From Gemmatimonadota bacterium (lineage in GTDB: Bacteria; Gemmatimonadota; Gemmatimonadetes; Gemmatimonadales; GWC2-71-9): a stretch of 64,000 nt of DNA. Location: assembly GCA_031367105.1 (NCBI GenBank), contig JANLPG010000120.1, forward strand, positions 12,016 through 76,015, in the 5' to 3' direction. The notes beneath the pieces were generated by a model that did no database searches, was not told the origin of the DNA, and saw only the letters and a program-made list of their open reading frames with translations. Position 1 is the stretch's first letter; every line of letters starts with the position of its first letter. Shown piece by piece: positions 20,657 through 37,058 of this stretch. The translations under genes and the position numbers were made by a program.

Positions 20657-21538
20657 ATGCGCGCGGTGTTCGAGGGGATCGTGGACTACGCCGGCCTCTT
20701 CCCGCCCGCGAGTCTGGGGATGGCGGAGGCGGTGGAGCACTACGATCGCTATCGCCGCTCCCCGGAGCGAGCGATGCTCGGCCGCTTCGTCGTGGCCGCG
20801 AGTCGGCTCGATGAGCTGGGTGAGTCGGTGTCGAAGCTGCGACTCGAGATCGAACCCGGCGAGCCCTGGCCGCTGGCCGTGGTCACCGGGGCCAATCTCC
20901 CGCTCGAGCTCGAACGAATCGCCGCATTCCGGAAGCTCTGGGATGTGCGTGGATTGCTCATCGACGCGGTGGAGCACCGCGTCGCCTCGCCAGGCGAGGT
21001 CGTTGCCGTAGCCGAACTGCTCGACCCCAGTTACCGCCGCTTTCTTGAAGTGCCACTGCAGGGGCCGTACACCGACTTGGTGGAAGCGATCGCCCGGATG
21101 GGTGCCTTTGCCAAGATCCGGACTGGCGGAACGACACCGGCACTCTTTCCCTCGGCCGAGGCGTTGACGCAGTTCCTGATTGCGGTCACCACGCAGCGAG
21201 TCCCCTTCAAGGCCACGGCAGGGTTGCACCATCCCTTCCGGGGATCGTATCCGCTCAGCTACGAACCTGGCGCCGACCGATTCGAGATGTATGGATTCAT
21301 CAATCTGTTGCTCGCGACGGCGGAGCTGCACCGGAGCGGTGATGGCAAGCTCGCCCAGTCGATTCTCGAGGAAAGCGATCCTGCGGCGTTCGAATGCGCG
21401 CCACACGCGTTGAGTTGGCGCGGGAAACGGTACTCGACCGCGGCACTGGAACTGGTGCGCCGCAACTCCTTTCTCGGTTTCGGATCGTGCTCATTTCGCG
21501 AGCCGGTCGATGATTTGCGCGCAATGGCTGTCGCATGA
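20657..21538 (+). CDS. Conserved hypothetical protein coupled to fahA
   Basis: VDYAGLFPPA, KIRTGG, PFKATAGLHHP, FGSCSF.EP; GGAGGGGG RBS; overlaps fahA start. Confidence 0.75.
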   Translation: MRAVFEGIVDYAGLFPPASLGMAEAVEHYDRYRRSPERAMLGRFVVAASRLDELGESVSKLRLEIEPGEPWPLAVVTGANLPLELERIAAFRKLWDVRGLLIDAVEHRVASPGEVVAVAELLDPSYRRFLEVPLQGPYTDLVEAIARMGAFAKIRTGGTTPALFPSAEALTQFLIAVTTQRVPFKATAGLHHPFRGSYPLSYEPGADRFEMYGFINLLLATAELHRSGDGKLAQSILEESDPAAFECAPHALSWRGKRYSTAALELVRRNSFLGFGSCSFREPVDDLRAMAVA

Positions 21539-22830
21539 GTGCGCTTGACCGCTCGCACGATGTCGCCCGGCGGAGTTGGGTGCCGGGTGCCGACGGGCAC
21601 GCCGAATTTCCGATCCAGAATCTGCCCTACGGTGTGTCCGGCACGGGCACGGCCGCCGGACACATCGTCGTGGCGATCGGCGATGAAGCACTCGACCTTC
21701 CCGGGGCGCTGGCGGCAGGGTGGGGCAGTGCCCTGGCACCGCGCCTGCAGGCTGCCCTCAGCGCGACTGATCTCAATGCGCTGGCTTCGCTGACCCCGGT
21801 CGAGTGGTCCGCGGCTCGGCTGGCACTCTCGGATGCGTTGAGTGACCCGGCGTGGTCGGTGCAGCTCGCGTCGGCGCTCCGGCCGCAATCGTCGTTAGTG
21901 CTGCAGCTACCGTGCACCGTGCGCAACTACACCGACTTCTATGCCTCGGCGTTCCACGCCACAAATGTCGGATCGATGTTCCGACCCGACAACCCCCTGC
22001 TGCCGAATTACAAATGGATTCCGATCGGCTACCACGGCCGCGCCTCATCGATTGTCGTGGACGGGACACCGGTGCGCCGACCCCACGGGCAGCTCAAAGG
22101 GGCCGATGCGGAAGCACCCGCATTGCGTGCCAGCCACTCGCTCGACTACGAACTGGAGCTCGCGCTGGTCATCGGCGGTGAAAACGCACTCGGCACGGCG
22201 GTGACAGCTGCCGACGCTGCTTCGCGCCACTTCGGAGTGCTGTTGCTGAACGACTGGTCCGCGCGGGATATCCAGTCGTGGGAATACCAACCCCTCGGCC
22301 CCTTCCTTGCCAAGAATTTTGCGAGTACGCTGTCGCCCTGGGTGGTGACCGCTGATGCGCTCCGTCCGTTCCGCGTGCCGATGCCGGCGCGGCCGTCGGG
22401 GGATCCCGAGCCGCTCGACTATCTTCGCATTCCTGACGACGCCACGTGGAGCATCCGACTCGACGTACTGTTGCGCAGTGCCGGGATGCAGGAGCGGGGC
22501 GAGCCGGCCTTCAGGGTGAGTCGCGGCGCATTTGCGGAGTCGATGTACTGGAGCCCGTTACAACTGATCGTCCACCACGGCAGCAATGGTTGCAACTTGC
22601 TCCCCGGCGACCTCCTCGGCACCGGGACCATCTCGGGGCCAACGCCGGACTCGCGTGGCTGCCTGCTGGAGCGAACCTGGCGCGGGAGCGAGCCGCTCTC
22701 GCTCCCCGATGGTTCGGTGCGGCGGTTTCTCGAAGACGGTGATGAAGTCACGCTGCAGGCGCGTTGTGAGCGCCCGGGAGCAATTCCGATTGGATTCGGG
22801 CGCTGTTCTGGCGTCGTGCTGCCTGCGTGA
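21535..22830 (+). CDS. fahA: Fumarylacetoacetase
   Basis: FPIQNLPYG, YTDFYA...HATNVG, YHGRASS, LDYELE, NDWSARDIQ.WEYQPLGPF, GTISG. Confidence 0.95.
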   Translation: MSALDRSHDVARRSWVPGADGHAEFPIQNLPYGVSGTGTAAGHIVVAIGDEALDLPGALAAGWGSALAPRLQAALSATDLNALASLTPVEWSAARLALSDALSDPAWSVQLASALRPQSSLVLQLPCTVRNYTDFYASAFHATNVGSMFRPDNPLLPNYKWIPIGYHGRASSIVVDGTPVRRPHGQLKGADAEAPALRASHSLDYELELALVIGGENALGTAVTAADAASRHFGVLLLNDWSARDIQSWEYQPLGPFLAKNFASTLSPWVVTADALRPFRVPMPARPSGDPEPLDYLRIPDDATWSIRLDVLLRSAGMQERGEPAFRVSRGAFAESMYWSPLQLIVHHGSNGCNLLPGDLLGTGTISGPTPDSRGCLLERTWRGSEPLSLPDGSVRRFLEDGDEVTLQARCERPGAIPIGFGRCSGVVLPA

Positions 22831-23345
22831 GTCCTCAGGTCGCGGTCGTCGTCACCCATCTGGAACTTGGCTCGCGAGAGCAGCTCCGTCCGAGTACCGC
22901 CGACCCGCAGGGCGTCCAGCTGCGACAGGAGCGTGAACCGGAAGCATCGAGCATTGCGGCGGCGATGTATCGTCGCGTCGGCAGTGCGTGGAATTGGCGC
23001 GATCGGCTGACCTGGACCCCCGTGGAGTGGGCGAATGCGATCAACCAGCCGGGCGTCGAACTCTGGACGCTCGGCGAGGATGGGCTGCTCATCGGCTATT
23101 TCGAGCTGGAATTGCGCGATGAAATCGCCGAGGTGAAGTATTTCGGTCTCACGCCCGAAGGGATGGGGCGGGGGCTCGGCGGCTGGCTGCTGATCCGGGC
23201 CGTGGAGCGCGCGTGGGCCCGCGGTGCGGCGCGGGTGATTTTGAATACGTGTACGCTGGACAGCCCGGCCGCGCTCCCCAACTACCTCGCGCGGGGGTTC
23301 CGGCTGGTGCGCGTGGAACATCAGGAACGGGAGCTGCCGGAATGA
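22827..23345 (+). CDS. GNAT N-acetyltransferase
   Basis: YFGL.PE..GRGLG..L, TCTLD.PAALPNY.ARGF. Confidence 0.88.
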   Translation: MSPQVAVVVTHLELGSREQLRPSTADPQGVQLRQEREPEASSIAAAMYRRVGSAWNWRDRLTWTPVEWANAINQPGVELWTLGEDGLLIGYFELELRDEIAEVKYFGLTPEGMGRGLGGWLLIRAVERAWARGAARVILNTCTLDSPAALPNYLARGFRLVRVEHQERELPE

Positions 23346-23980
23346 ACATCAGTGAACTGCGGCGCGAGTATGCCAGGGAGGTCCTCGATGAGGCATCGAC
23401 GGCCGGGAATCCGCTGGAACAATTCGATCGCTGGTTCGCCGAGGCGCGGCAGGCCGCTCTGCTCGAAGTGAATGCGATGACGCTCGCGACCGCCGACGCA
23501 GCCGGTCGGCCGAGTGCGCGGATCGTGCTCCTCAAGGGCGTGGATCCCCGCGGCTTCCTCTTCTTTACCGATTACCGGTCGCGGAAAGGAAAAGACCTCG
23601 CTGCCAATCCCCTCGCCGCCCTGGTCTTCTACTGGGCCGAACTCGAGCGGCAGGTCCGTATCGCGGGACGGATCGAGCGGCTCTCGATCGACGAGTCGTG
23701 GCATTACTTCGCGAGCCGTCCCGAGGGTTCCCGCATCGGCGCCTGGGCGTCCGAACAGAGTGCCCCGCTCGCGGATCGCGCCGAGCTGGAGGCGCGCGTC
23801 AACACGCTCACCGTCGAATTCGCGCAACGCGATATTCCGCTACCGGCCCACTGGGGCGGCTACCGGCTCCTGCCCGACGAATTCGAATTCTGGCAGGGGC
23901 GGCCGAGCCGGCTCCACGACCGGATCAGCTATCGACTCACGGCGGCTGGCGAGTGGCAGCGGGGTCGGCTCTCTCCGTGA
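23342..23980 (+). CDS. pdxH: Pyridoxamine 5'-phosphate oxidase
   Basis: LRREY, AMTLAT, RIVLLK, SRKG, RQVRI, FEFWQGR.SRLHDR. Confidence 0.96.
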   Translation: MNISELRREYAREVLDEASTAGNPLEQFDRWFAEARQAALLEVNAMTLATADAAGRPSARIVLLKGVDPRGFLFFTDYRSRKGKDLAANPLAALVFYWAELERQVRIAGRIERLSIDESWHYFASRPEGSRIGAWASEQSAPLADRAELEARVNTLTVEFAQRDIPLPAHWGGYRLLPDEFEFWQGRPSRLHDRISYRLTAAGEWQRGRLSP

Positions 23981-23987
23981 ACGCGCC

Positions 23988-24878
23988 GTGACCGTGACCG
24001 ACACGAAGCCGCACCGGAACGACGGCGCCCGCCTCGCCGCGACGGGCGTGTTTGTCAACGCCCTGCTCGCCGTATTCAAGGGAGTGGCGGGGATCGTCGG
24101 CAATTCCTATGCGTTGATCGCCGACGCGGTCGAATCGGTGGGTGATATCGGTGGATCGCTCGTCGTCTGGGGCGGTCTGCGGCTCTCCGCGCGCTCGCCC
24201 GATGATGATCATCCGTACGGGCACGGCAAGGCCGAGCCACTGGCGGCGGCGATTGTGGGGATGCTGCTCTGCGGCGCCGCGCTCGGCATCGCTGTCAAGT
24301 CGATCGACCAGATCCGATCACCACACCACGCTCCGAAACCCTATACGCTGCTGGCGCTGGTGGTGGTGATCGTGGTGAAGGAGTTGTTGGCGCGGCGGGT
24401 CTTCCGGGTGGCAGACGATGGGCACAGTCAGGCGGTCCACGCCGATGCGTGGCACCACCGCGCCGATGCGGTCACGTCCGGGGCGGCGTTCATCGGAATT
24501 TCCGTCGCGCTCCTGGGCGGCCCCGGGTATGAATGGGCTGACGCGGCCGCAGCGCTGCTCGCTTCTGCCGTCATTGGTGTGAACGCCGCCGCGATCCTCC
24601 GTCCCGCCGTACACGAGTTGATGGACGGTGCCCCCGACACCGCGATGCTGGAGCAGGTCGCGACTGCCGCGAGGGCCGTGACTGGGGTCCGGATGATCGA
24701 AAAGTTGAAGGCGAGAAAAGTCGGCACCCGTTACCTGGTGGACCTGCACGTTCAGGCTGATCCGGCGATGCCGCTCCACGACTCGCACATTCTCAGCGGC
24801 TGCGTCAAGTCGGCAATTCGCTCCTCGGTGCCGGCGGTCGAGAACGTCCTCGTGCATATGGAACCGTTCGAGGGGTGA
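23988..24878 (+). CDS. Cation diffusion facilitator transporter (FieF-like)
   Basis: ALIADAVES..D, HPYGHGKAE, ADAWHHRAD, VLVHMEP. Confidence 0.92.
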   Translation: MTVTDTKPHRNDGARLAATGVFVNALLAVFKGVAGIVGNSYALIADAVESVGDIGGSLVVWGGLRLSARSPDDDHPYGHGKAEPLAAAIVGMLLCGAALGIAVKSIDQIRSPHHAPKPYTLLALVVVIVVKELLARRVFRVADDGHSQAVHADAWHHRADAVTSGAAFIGISVALLGGPGYEWADAAAALLASAVIGVNAAAILRPAVHELMDGAPDTAMLEQVATAARAVTGVRMIEKLKARKVGTRYLVDLHVQADPAMPLHDSHILSGCVKSAIRSSVPAVENVLVHMEPFEG

Positions 24879-26191
24879 TGAGCCTCACCGCGCGGGTGGC
24901 CGCCGCCGTCGACGCGCTGGTGCCCGCGGGTGCGACGTGTCTGGTGGGTGTCTCCGGCGGTCCCGATTCGCTCGCCCTGCTCGACCTCCTTCACCTGACC
25001 GCGGCGCTGCACGGACGGAAACTGGTCGTCGGACACGTCGACCACGGCATCGCCGAGGGAAGCGACGGCATCGCCGATCGCACCGCCGCGCTGGCCGCCG
25101 AACGAGGCATCCCGATCCGGCGCGTCCGTCTCCAGCTCGGCGGTGGCGCGTCGGAGACGCGGGCCCGGGGAGCGCGCCGGGCGGCGCTCGTTGCGATGGC
25201 CCGCGATGTCGATGCCCGGTCGATCCTCTTGGGGCACCACGCCGATGATCAGGCCGAAACGGTCTTGCTACGGTTGTTGCGAGGGAGCGGCCCTGCGGGG
25301 CTGGCCGGGATGGCGGCCCGCTCGGGGCTCTGGGTCCGTCCGCTGCTGGGGGTCACTCGGGCGGAGCTGGCGGAGCACCTCGCCAGCCGCGGGTTGGCAG
25401 GGTGGCAGGATCCCGCCAACACCGATCCCCGGCACCTCCGATCGTGGCTCCGGGAAGCCATCCTGCCGCGGTTGGCGGAACGCTTGCCCGACCTCACTTC
25501 CCGGCTGCTTCGTGCGGCTCGGCAGGCCGCGGCAGCACGGCAAGGTTGGGATGCCGTCCCGGAACTGCTGGCAGGACTCGAACTCCGGACCGATTCTGGC
25601 GCCATTTCCGTTGCCGCACCCCCCCTGTGGGGGTATCGTTCAGAGGTGAGACACGCCGTCCTGGCAGCCCTCGGGCGGCGGTTCGGCATCCCCCTCGGCG
25701 AGCGTCGACTTTCGGCGATCGACCGGCTGGCGCACACGGCACACGGCACGGTTCGCCTCGCGGATACGCTCGAGGCGGAACTGTTCGACGGCAGGCTGAC
25801 GTTGAAAACTCCGGTGACCGCCGCCGCGGAACCGATTGCGCTGGAGCTGGGCCAGTCGGTGCGGCTGGGTCGGGCGGCGTTCAGGGTCGAGAGCGCAGCG
25901 GATGGCGAAACCTCCCGGGGCGGCTGGAGTACCCAGCTGAAGCTGGGTCGATACGTCGCCCGTCCGTGGCGGCCAGGGGATCGCATTCGTCCTCTAGGTG
26001 GCCAGGGCTCTCGGGCGGTTGCAGTGCTGCTGCGCGAAGCTCGGGTGCCAGTGGGCCGTCGGTCGGCGTGGCCGGTCGTCACAACTGCCGACGACGCGAC
26101 GATCGTGTGGGTACCGGGCATCTGCCGTGCAGATGCTGCTCTTCCCGAACCAGGAACCAGGGCGCTGCATGTCGAGTGTGCTTTCACCTGA
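24878..26191 (+). CDS. tilS: tRNA(Ile)-lysidine synthetase
   Basis: VSGGPDS PP-loop, HVDHG, GHHADDQAETVLLRL.RG, RPLL; upstream of hpt-ftsH. Confidence 0.93.
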   Translation: MSLTARVAAAVDALVPAGATCLVGVSGGPDSLALLDLLHLTAALHGRKLVVGHVDHGIAEGSDGIADRTAALAAERGIPIRRVRLQLGGGASETRARGARRAALVAMARDVDARSILLGHHADDQAETVLLRLLRGSGPAGLAGMAARSGLWVRPLLGVTRAELAEHLASRGLAGWQDPANTDPRHLRSWLREAILPRLAERLPDLTSRLLRAARQAAAARQGWDAVPELLAGLELRTDSGAISVAAPPLWGYRSEVRHAVLAALGRRFGIPLGERRLSAIDRLAHTAHGTVRLADTLEAELFDGRLTLKTPVTAAAEPIALELGQSVRLGRAAFRVESAADGETSRGGWSTQLKLGRYVARPWRPGDRIRPLGGQGSRAVAVLLREARVPVGRRSAWPVVTTADDATIVWVPGICRADAALPEPGTRALHVECAFT

Positions 26192-26725
26192 GATGAAACG
26201 CCGCGCAGGCGGCCGTGAACTTCGGATCGTTTTCGACGAGACCACGATCGCGGAGCGCGTGCGTCAGCTCGGTGCCGAAATCACCGCGGCATATCCCGAC
26301 GGCGATTTGCTGGTGCTCGGGCTGTTGAAGGGAAGTTTTATTTTCCTGAGCGATCTGGTTCGGCAGATCGACCGACCCCTGCATCTCGACTTCCTGGTTG
26401 CCAGCTCCTACGGGACCGGGACGGAATCGAGTGGCACCGTCCGGTTGTTGTACGACCCGGAGACGCCGCTTGAGGGAAAGCACCTGCTCATTGTCGAGGA
26501 CATCATCGACAGCGGGCGGACGATGCAGCATCTGCTGAAGCTGCTGGATGCGCGCAATCCGGCCTCGCTGGCGGTCTGCGCGCTGCTGGACAAGAACCTG
26601 CTTCCGGAGCCGATCCCCCAGATGCGTTGGGTCGGATTTCCGGCACCCCCTGCGTTTCTGGTCGGATATGGCCTGGACCACGCGGAGGACTTTCGCCATC
26701 TCCCGTTTATTGGTGACTTGATCTG

Positions 26726-26726
<1 letters not shown>
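26169..26726 (+). CDS. hpt: Hypoxanthine phosphoribosyltransferase
   Basis: LKGSFIFLSDL, SSYG, VEDIIDSGRT, FLVGYGLD. Confidence 0.95.
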
Positions 26727-28707
<1,981 letters not shown>

Positions 28708-28711
<4 letters not shown>

Positions 28712-29880
28712 TCGTCTCCCCACTCTCGGGTCGCGGCACCGCGATCCGGGACGCCCTCCTGTCCCACGGATGGGAGGGCGACGTCTGTCGGCTCACGGCC
28801 GAAGGACTCGAGGGCTCCGCCTTCCACGTGACCGACCTCCCCAGCGACACCATCGAGGCGATGCTGATGGTGGCCGCCCGCCTCGGACTCGAACTCATCA
28901 CCGGCGACGACTGGATCATCCTCTCGGGTGCGCGCTCCCGGCTGGGAGCCTTTGCGAGGCCCTGGGTGCAGCCCGAGCCGGTGCGAGCCCTCTCCGATGC
29001 CATCGGGATGGCGATGCCGGGGGAGTCGGCTGCTTCGTGGAGCCACGCGCTCGGTGCCCAGTCGCTGGTGCGCCCGGTGATGATCGGCGTCATCAACGTC
29101 ACGCCCGATTCATTCTCTGGCGGGGGTGGCCTCCTCGGAACGGACGACGCCTTGGCGGCGGTCGAACTTCTCCTCGAGGGCGGGGCCACGATGATTGATG
29201 TCGGTGGGGAATCGACCCGACCAGGCGCAGCTCCCGTCGATCTCGCGGAGGAATTGGCGCGCGTGATCCCGGTCATCGCGGCGATCGCGGGTCGCTATCC
29301 ATCGCTTCCGATATCGGTGGACACCGTGCGCGCCGCCACGGCCGAGGCCGCGCTCGACGTCGGCGCCGCGATCGTGAACGATGTGACGGCCGGGCGTCAC
29401 GACCCGGCGTTGCTTGGCGTCGTGGCGTCGCGGCGCGCCGGGGTGGTGCTGTCGCACTCGCGCGGCCCGCTCGGAGCCCTCGCCTCCTATCAACGTGCCG
29501 ACTATCAGGGTGATGTCACCGATGCTGTCACGCGCGAGTTGAAGCTCTCCCTTGGCGCGGCGCGCGCTGCCGGCGTCGCCGACGCGGCGATCGTGCTGGA
29601 CCCCGGCTTCGGCTTTTCCAAGACGCCGGCGCAGAACTTCCGGCTGTTGTCACAGCTCGATGCCTTGGCCTCGCTGGGCCGGCCGGTGCTGGTCGGGCCG
29701 TCTCGCAAACGATTCCTCGGGGACGCCACGGGCCGCCCGATCGACGACCGCGAGCGAGCGACCGCAGCCGTCTGTGCGCTTGCGCTCGATCGCGGTGCCC
29801 GGCTGTTCCGCTTGCACGACCCCGGCGCGTCCCGGGATGCGATCGCCATTGCGGCGGCCCTGCACCTGGGCGAGCCGTGA
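28708..29880 (+). CDS. folP: Dihydropteroate synthase with N-terminal extension
   Basis: GVINVTPDSFS, DVGGESTRPG, SVDT, DPGFGF.K, GPSRKRF, RLHD. Confidence 0.92.
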
Positions 29881-32240
29881 CCGGCGCCAGGCCACCGTAT
29901 CGCGCCGCCGCGCTGGCGGCGGCGGCGGTCCTGGCGGGCTACCTCGTCACCCTGGCACCTTCGGTCACCTTCTGGGATGCCGGTGAGTTCATTGCTGCGG
30001 CCAAAACGCTCGGCATTCCGCATCCGCCTGGCACACCGCTCTTCATCCTGATCGCCCACACCTGGGGAATGCTTTTCCCAGTGGGCGAATACGCCTGGCG
30101 ACTCAACCTCCTCAGTGCGCTCTGCAGCGCCACCGCCGCAGGGTGCTGGTTCCTCGTCGCGCACGGGACCACCCAGCGGATGTACGCTTCTCTGGACGCT
30201 GCCCCACGCCGCGCGATCGCACTCGGCAGCGGCGCCGCCGCCGCGCTGCTGACCGCGTTCTCATTCACCAACTGGCAGAATGCGGTCGAGACCGAGGTCT
30301 ACAGCATTGCGATGCTCTCGATCGCACTGGCAGCGTGGTTGATGATCCGCTGGCGCGATTGCCGCGATGTAACCGGCGGGGGGCGGTTGCTGCTGCTGAT
30401 CCTCTATCTCGGCAGTATTTCGATCGGGAATCACCTGCTCGCCTTGCTGGTGGGGCCAGCGCTGATCGCCGGGCTGATCGCCGAGTCGCACGGGCGACCG
30501 CTGCGCACGCGGGAAGCGGCGGCGGCCGAATGGGCCCGCATCGCCGTCGTGGCCACAGTCTGGGCGCTGCTGATCGCCTTCGGCCTCGGCAGCGGCAGCT
30601 TGACGCTCGTGGCAGGCGCGCTGGTGCTCGGCGCCGCGTGGACCGCGGCGCGCACCCGACAGTTCGCCTTCGCCGCGACCGCGCTGCTGATCGCCGTCGT
30701 CGGGGTCACTCCCTACCTCTTCCTGCTCTTTCGCGCACGACAGGGGCCGTGGCTCAATGAGGCCGACCCCGCGACTTGGGACGCGCTGCTGGGCGTGATC
30801 CGCCGGGCCCAGTATCCGATCCGCACTCCGCTCGACGATCCCACGGTGCTCCACGGCGCTGACAATCCCGGCCGCACGCTCACGCTCTTCGGCTATCAAC
30901 TCGCGAATTATGTCCAGTACTTCGACTGGCAGTGGGCCAAATCGATTGGCGTGACGATCGCACCGTCGGCCGGACGATTGCTGGTTACCCTCGGTGCATT
31001 CTCGCTCGGCCTGCGGGGGGCGATGGCGCAGCGACGCGGCGACCGATCCGGCTTCTCGCTCCTGCTCACCCTCTGGGCCGCGACCGGACTCGGGTTGGTG
31101 GTGTACATGAACTTCAAACCTGGGGCCACGCTGGGCTACGATCGCTGGCCCGCGGGGGCTGATCACGAAGTCCGCGAGCGCGACTATTTCTTCGTGGCGA
31201 GTTTCGTGGCGTGGGGCGTCTGGGTTGCGGTCGGAATCGGCGACCTGGTGCGGACGCTGATGCCTCGGCTCCGCGGCGCGGCACGCGGCGCGGTGCTCGG
31301 GCTGTTCGCAGTGGGGGCGATCCCGCTGCTGCTTAATGCTCGCGCGGCCACCCGGCACAGTGGGCCCGAGGCCACGCTGGCTCGCGACTTCGCACGGGCA
31401 CTGCTGCAATCGGTCCCACCCGGCGGCATCCTCTTCACCTGGGGCGACAACGACACGTTCCCGCTCTGGTACGCGCAGGCGGTAGAAGGCGTGCGACGTG
31501 ACGTCACCATCGTCTGTCTCGCGCTTGCCGAAACGCCGTGGTATATGCGCACGATGCGGGACGCGAAACGCGAGCCGGTCGACAGTGCCTCGCTCGCACC
31601 AGTGTGGCACGGGATGGCTGCCCCCTCGATCGATTTGCCGTTGCACGACCTGAGCGACGTCACCATTGACGCCTTCGCGCCACAGCGGATCGACCGGGAC
31701 CTCTCGATGCCGCTGCGTAACGGGCTGGTGGTCGAGTTGCCACGTGGCACGGCGATTTACGGTAAAGACTTCCTGCTGCTGAGCATCCTCCGGCAGAACG
31801 CCGGACGTCGACCGATCGCCTGGTCAGTCACCGCCGCACAGAAAATCTTCAATCTCGGCCCGCACCTGGTCCAGCAGGGACTCGCCCTCACGATGCCGCT
31901 CTCCCGGCCCGACGGCCGGGCGCTCGTCGGCGGGTCGGCCAGCGGTCCCGGCGGGGCCCTTCTCGACCTCGCAGCTACCCAGCGATTGATGCTGGAGAGC
32001 TGGTCCTTCGGTTCGCTCTTCAACGAGGATCTCTCCCGGCTGGACGGCAACATCCAGGGGATGACCGGAACGATTGCCATCCCGTACGCGCAGGTCGGGG
32101 TAGCGCTGGCCGCGCGGGGCGACCGGGCCGGCGCAATTGCCGCGCTGGAAAAGGCCCTCCGGCTGGCTCCGCAGCCGGCGATTCAGGCCGCCCTCAGGGA
32201 GCTGCGGAACGGCCAGGGCCTTCCCCCCTCGGCACCCTGA
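29877..32240 (+). CDS. DUF2723 polytopic membrane protein (TMEM260-like putative glycosyltransferase)
   Basis: TLAPSVTFWDAGEF, GIPHPPGTPL, ETEVY, NH, RERDYFF, GDNDTFPLWY. Confidence 0.88.
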   Translation: MTGARPPYRAAALAAAAVLAGYLVTLAPSVTFWDAGEFIAAAKTLGIPHPPGTPLFILIAHTWGMLFPVGEYAWRLNLLSALCSATAAGCWFLVAHGTTQRMYASLDAAPRRAIALGSGAAAALLTAFSFTNWQNAVETEVYSIAMLSIALAAWLMIRWRDCRDVTGGGRLLLLILYLGSISIGNHLLALLVGPALIAGLIAESHGRPLRTREAAAAEWARIAVVATVWALLIAFGLGSGSLTLVAGALVLGAAWTAARTRQFAFAATALLIAVVGVTPYLFLLFRARQGPWLNEADPATWDALLGVIRRAQYPIRTPLDDPTVLHGADNPGRTLTLFGYQLANYVQYFDWQWAKSIGVTIAPSAGRLLVTLGAFSLGLRGAMAQRRGDRSGFSLLLTLWAATGLGLVVYMNFKPGATLGYDRWPAGADHEVRERDYFFVASFVAWGVWVAVGIGDLVRTLMPRLRGAARGAVLGLFAVGAIPLLLNARAATRHSGPEATLARDFARALLQSVPPGGILFTWGDNDTFPLWYAQAVEGVRRDVTIVCLALAETPWYMRTMRDAKREPVDSASLAPVWHGMAAPSIDLPLHDLSDVTIDAFAPQRIDRDLSMPLRNGLVVELPRGTAIYGKDFLLLSILRQNAGRRPIAWSVTAAQKIFNLGPHLVQQGLALTMPLSRPDGRALVGGSASGPGGALLDLAATQRLMLESWSFGSLFNEDLSRLDGNIQGMTGTIAIPYAQVGVALAARGDRAGAIAALEKALRLAPQPAIQAALRELRNGQGLPPSAP

Positions 32241-32283
32241 TTCTCCACCTTTCAGGAGCCCTCCCCGGTTAGATTTACCAGCT

Positions 32284-32963
32284 ATGTCCGAAGCGGCCCT
32301 GGCTGACCGTCTGGCCGAAGTGGCGGCCGTTATTGCCGAGCGCAGGGCAGTCGGGGGGTGGCAGCATTACGCCAGGGTGATTGCGGTCACCAAGACGCAC
32401 GGCCCCGAGACCGTGCGCGCCGCCGCCGCCGCCGGACTGACGATGATAGGGGAGAATCGGGTCCAGGAGGCGCTCCCGAAACAGGATGCCTGTGCCGGTC
32501 TCGGAGTCGAGTGGCACCTGATCGGGGGGCTGCAGCGCAACAAAGTGCGGCAGGCCGCGGGACGCTTTGCGATGATCCATTCGGTTGACCGGTTGGAGCT
32601 TGCCGAAGCACTCGATCGGCGGACCGCCCCGACCACTCGACAGTCCATCCTGGTGCAGGTGAACTGTTCGGCGGAACCACAGAAGGGCGGGGTGGAACCT
32701 GATGCGCTGGCGGCCCTGCTCGACGCGCTGCGTCGCTGCGAGCGACTCGAGGTGCGCGGTTTGATGACCCTGGCCGCTTTCACCGATAACGAACAGTCTC
32801 AGCATCGGAGCTTTGCGCTGCTGCGCACGCTCCGCGACACGCTGGTGACCGAAGGGCACTCACTTCCCGAACTCTCGATGGGGATGTCCGGTGACTACCC
32901 CGTCGCGGTGGAGGAAGGTGCCACGATGCTGCGGCTCGGGACCGTGCTGTTCGGTCCCCGCGA

Positions 32964-32967
<4 letters not shown>
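32284..32967 (+). CDS. yggS: PLP homeostasis protein YggS
   Basis: AVTKT, GENRVQE, WHLIGGLQRNK, IHSVDR, LSMGMSGDY..AVEEGAT..R.GT. Confidence 0.95.
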
Positions 32968-36181
<3,214 letters not shown>

Positions 36182-36185
<4 letters not shown>

Positions 36186-36565
36186 CCAAGATTCAGCTGA
36201 AGCATCTCGAGGCGCGGCTACTCGAGGAACGGAGCCGGGTGATGAAGGAGCTCGGTTACTATGACGAGGCCTTCAATTCGACGCTGCAGGGATCCGACGG
36301 CGATCTGTCGTCCTACTCCTTCCATATGGCCGATCAGGGCACCGACGCAATGGAACGCGAGAAGCAGTATCTCTTCGCCTCGCAGGAGGGACGCTACCTC
36401 TGGCACCTCAATGAGGCGTTGCGCCGGCTCTACAACCAGCCCGACAAATTCGGCAACTGCCACCAGTGCGGCACGAAGATTGATTTCGAGCGACTGGACG
36501 CGCTGCCGCACGCACGACTCTGCATCTCGTGCAAGGAGAAGGAAGAGGATGGCAAGCGGCGTTAG
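36182..36565 (+). CDS. TraR/DksA C4 zinc-finger protein
   Basis: HMADQGTD coiled-coil tip, CHQC...RL.ALP.ARLCISC. Confidence 0.9.
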
Positions 36566-37058
36566 TTGGCGGCCCCCGTTCTGGGGGCTGGTGGCCATCG
36601 TGGTGGTGCTCGACCGGATCACCAAGGTGCTGGCGGAGCGCGCGCTCGGCGCTGGAGAAGTCGCCTCGCTGGTCGGCGACACGGCGCAGCTTCGTCTTGT
36701 CCACAACCCCGGGGCGGCGTTCGGCCTCAACCTCGGCGCATACTCCCGCTGGATCTTCATGGCGATTGCGATCGTGACGGTGCTCTTCCTCTATCGGATG
36801 TGGAAGGAGACGGCACTCACTGAGCGGTTGCGGCTCTACGCGCTGGGATTCGTCGCGGGCGGTGCCGCGGGCAACCTGATCGATCGCTTCATCTCACCGC
36901 GCGGCGTCGTTGACTTCATCGACGTCGGCATCGGCGTCGCGCGGTGGCCCACGTTCAACGTCGCGGACATCGCGGTGTCCTGCGGCGCCGTGGCATTGGC
37001 GCTGTCGCTCTGGCGCGAAGATGCGCGGCGCGCGGCCGCGATCGTGCCACCCACGTGA
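36549..37058 (+). CDS. lspA: Lipoprotein signal peptidase II
   Basis: D.ITK, N.GAAFG, GA.GNLIDR, VVDFI, WPTFNVAD. Confidence 0.95.
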   Translation: MASGVSWRPPFWGLVAIVVVLDRITKVLAERALGAGEVASLVGDTAQLRLVHNPGAAFGLNLGAYSRWIFMAIAIVTVLFLYRMWKETALTERLRLYALGFVAGGAAGNLIDRFISPRGVVDFIDVGIGVARWPTFNVADIAVSCGAVALALSLWREDARRAAAIVPPT

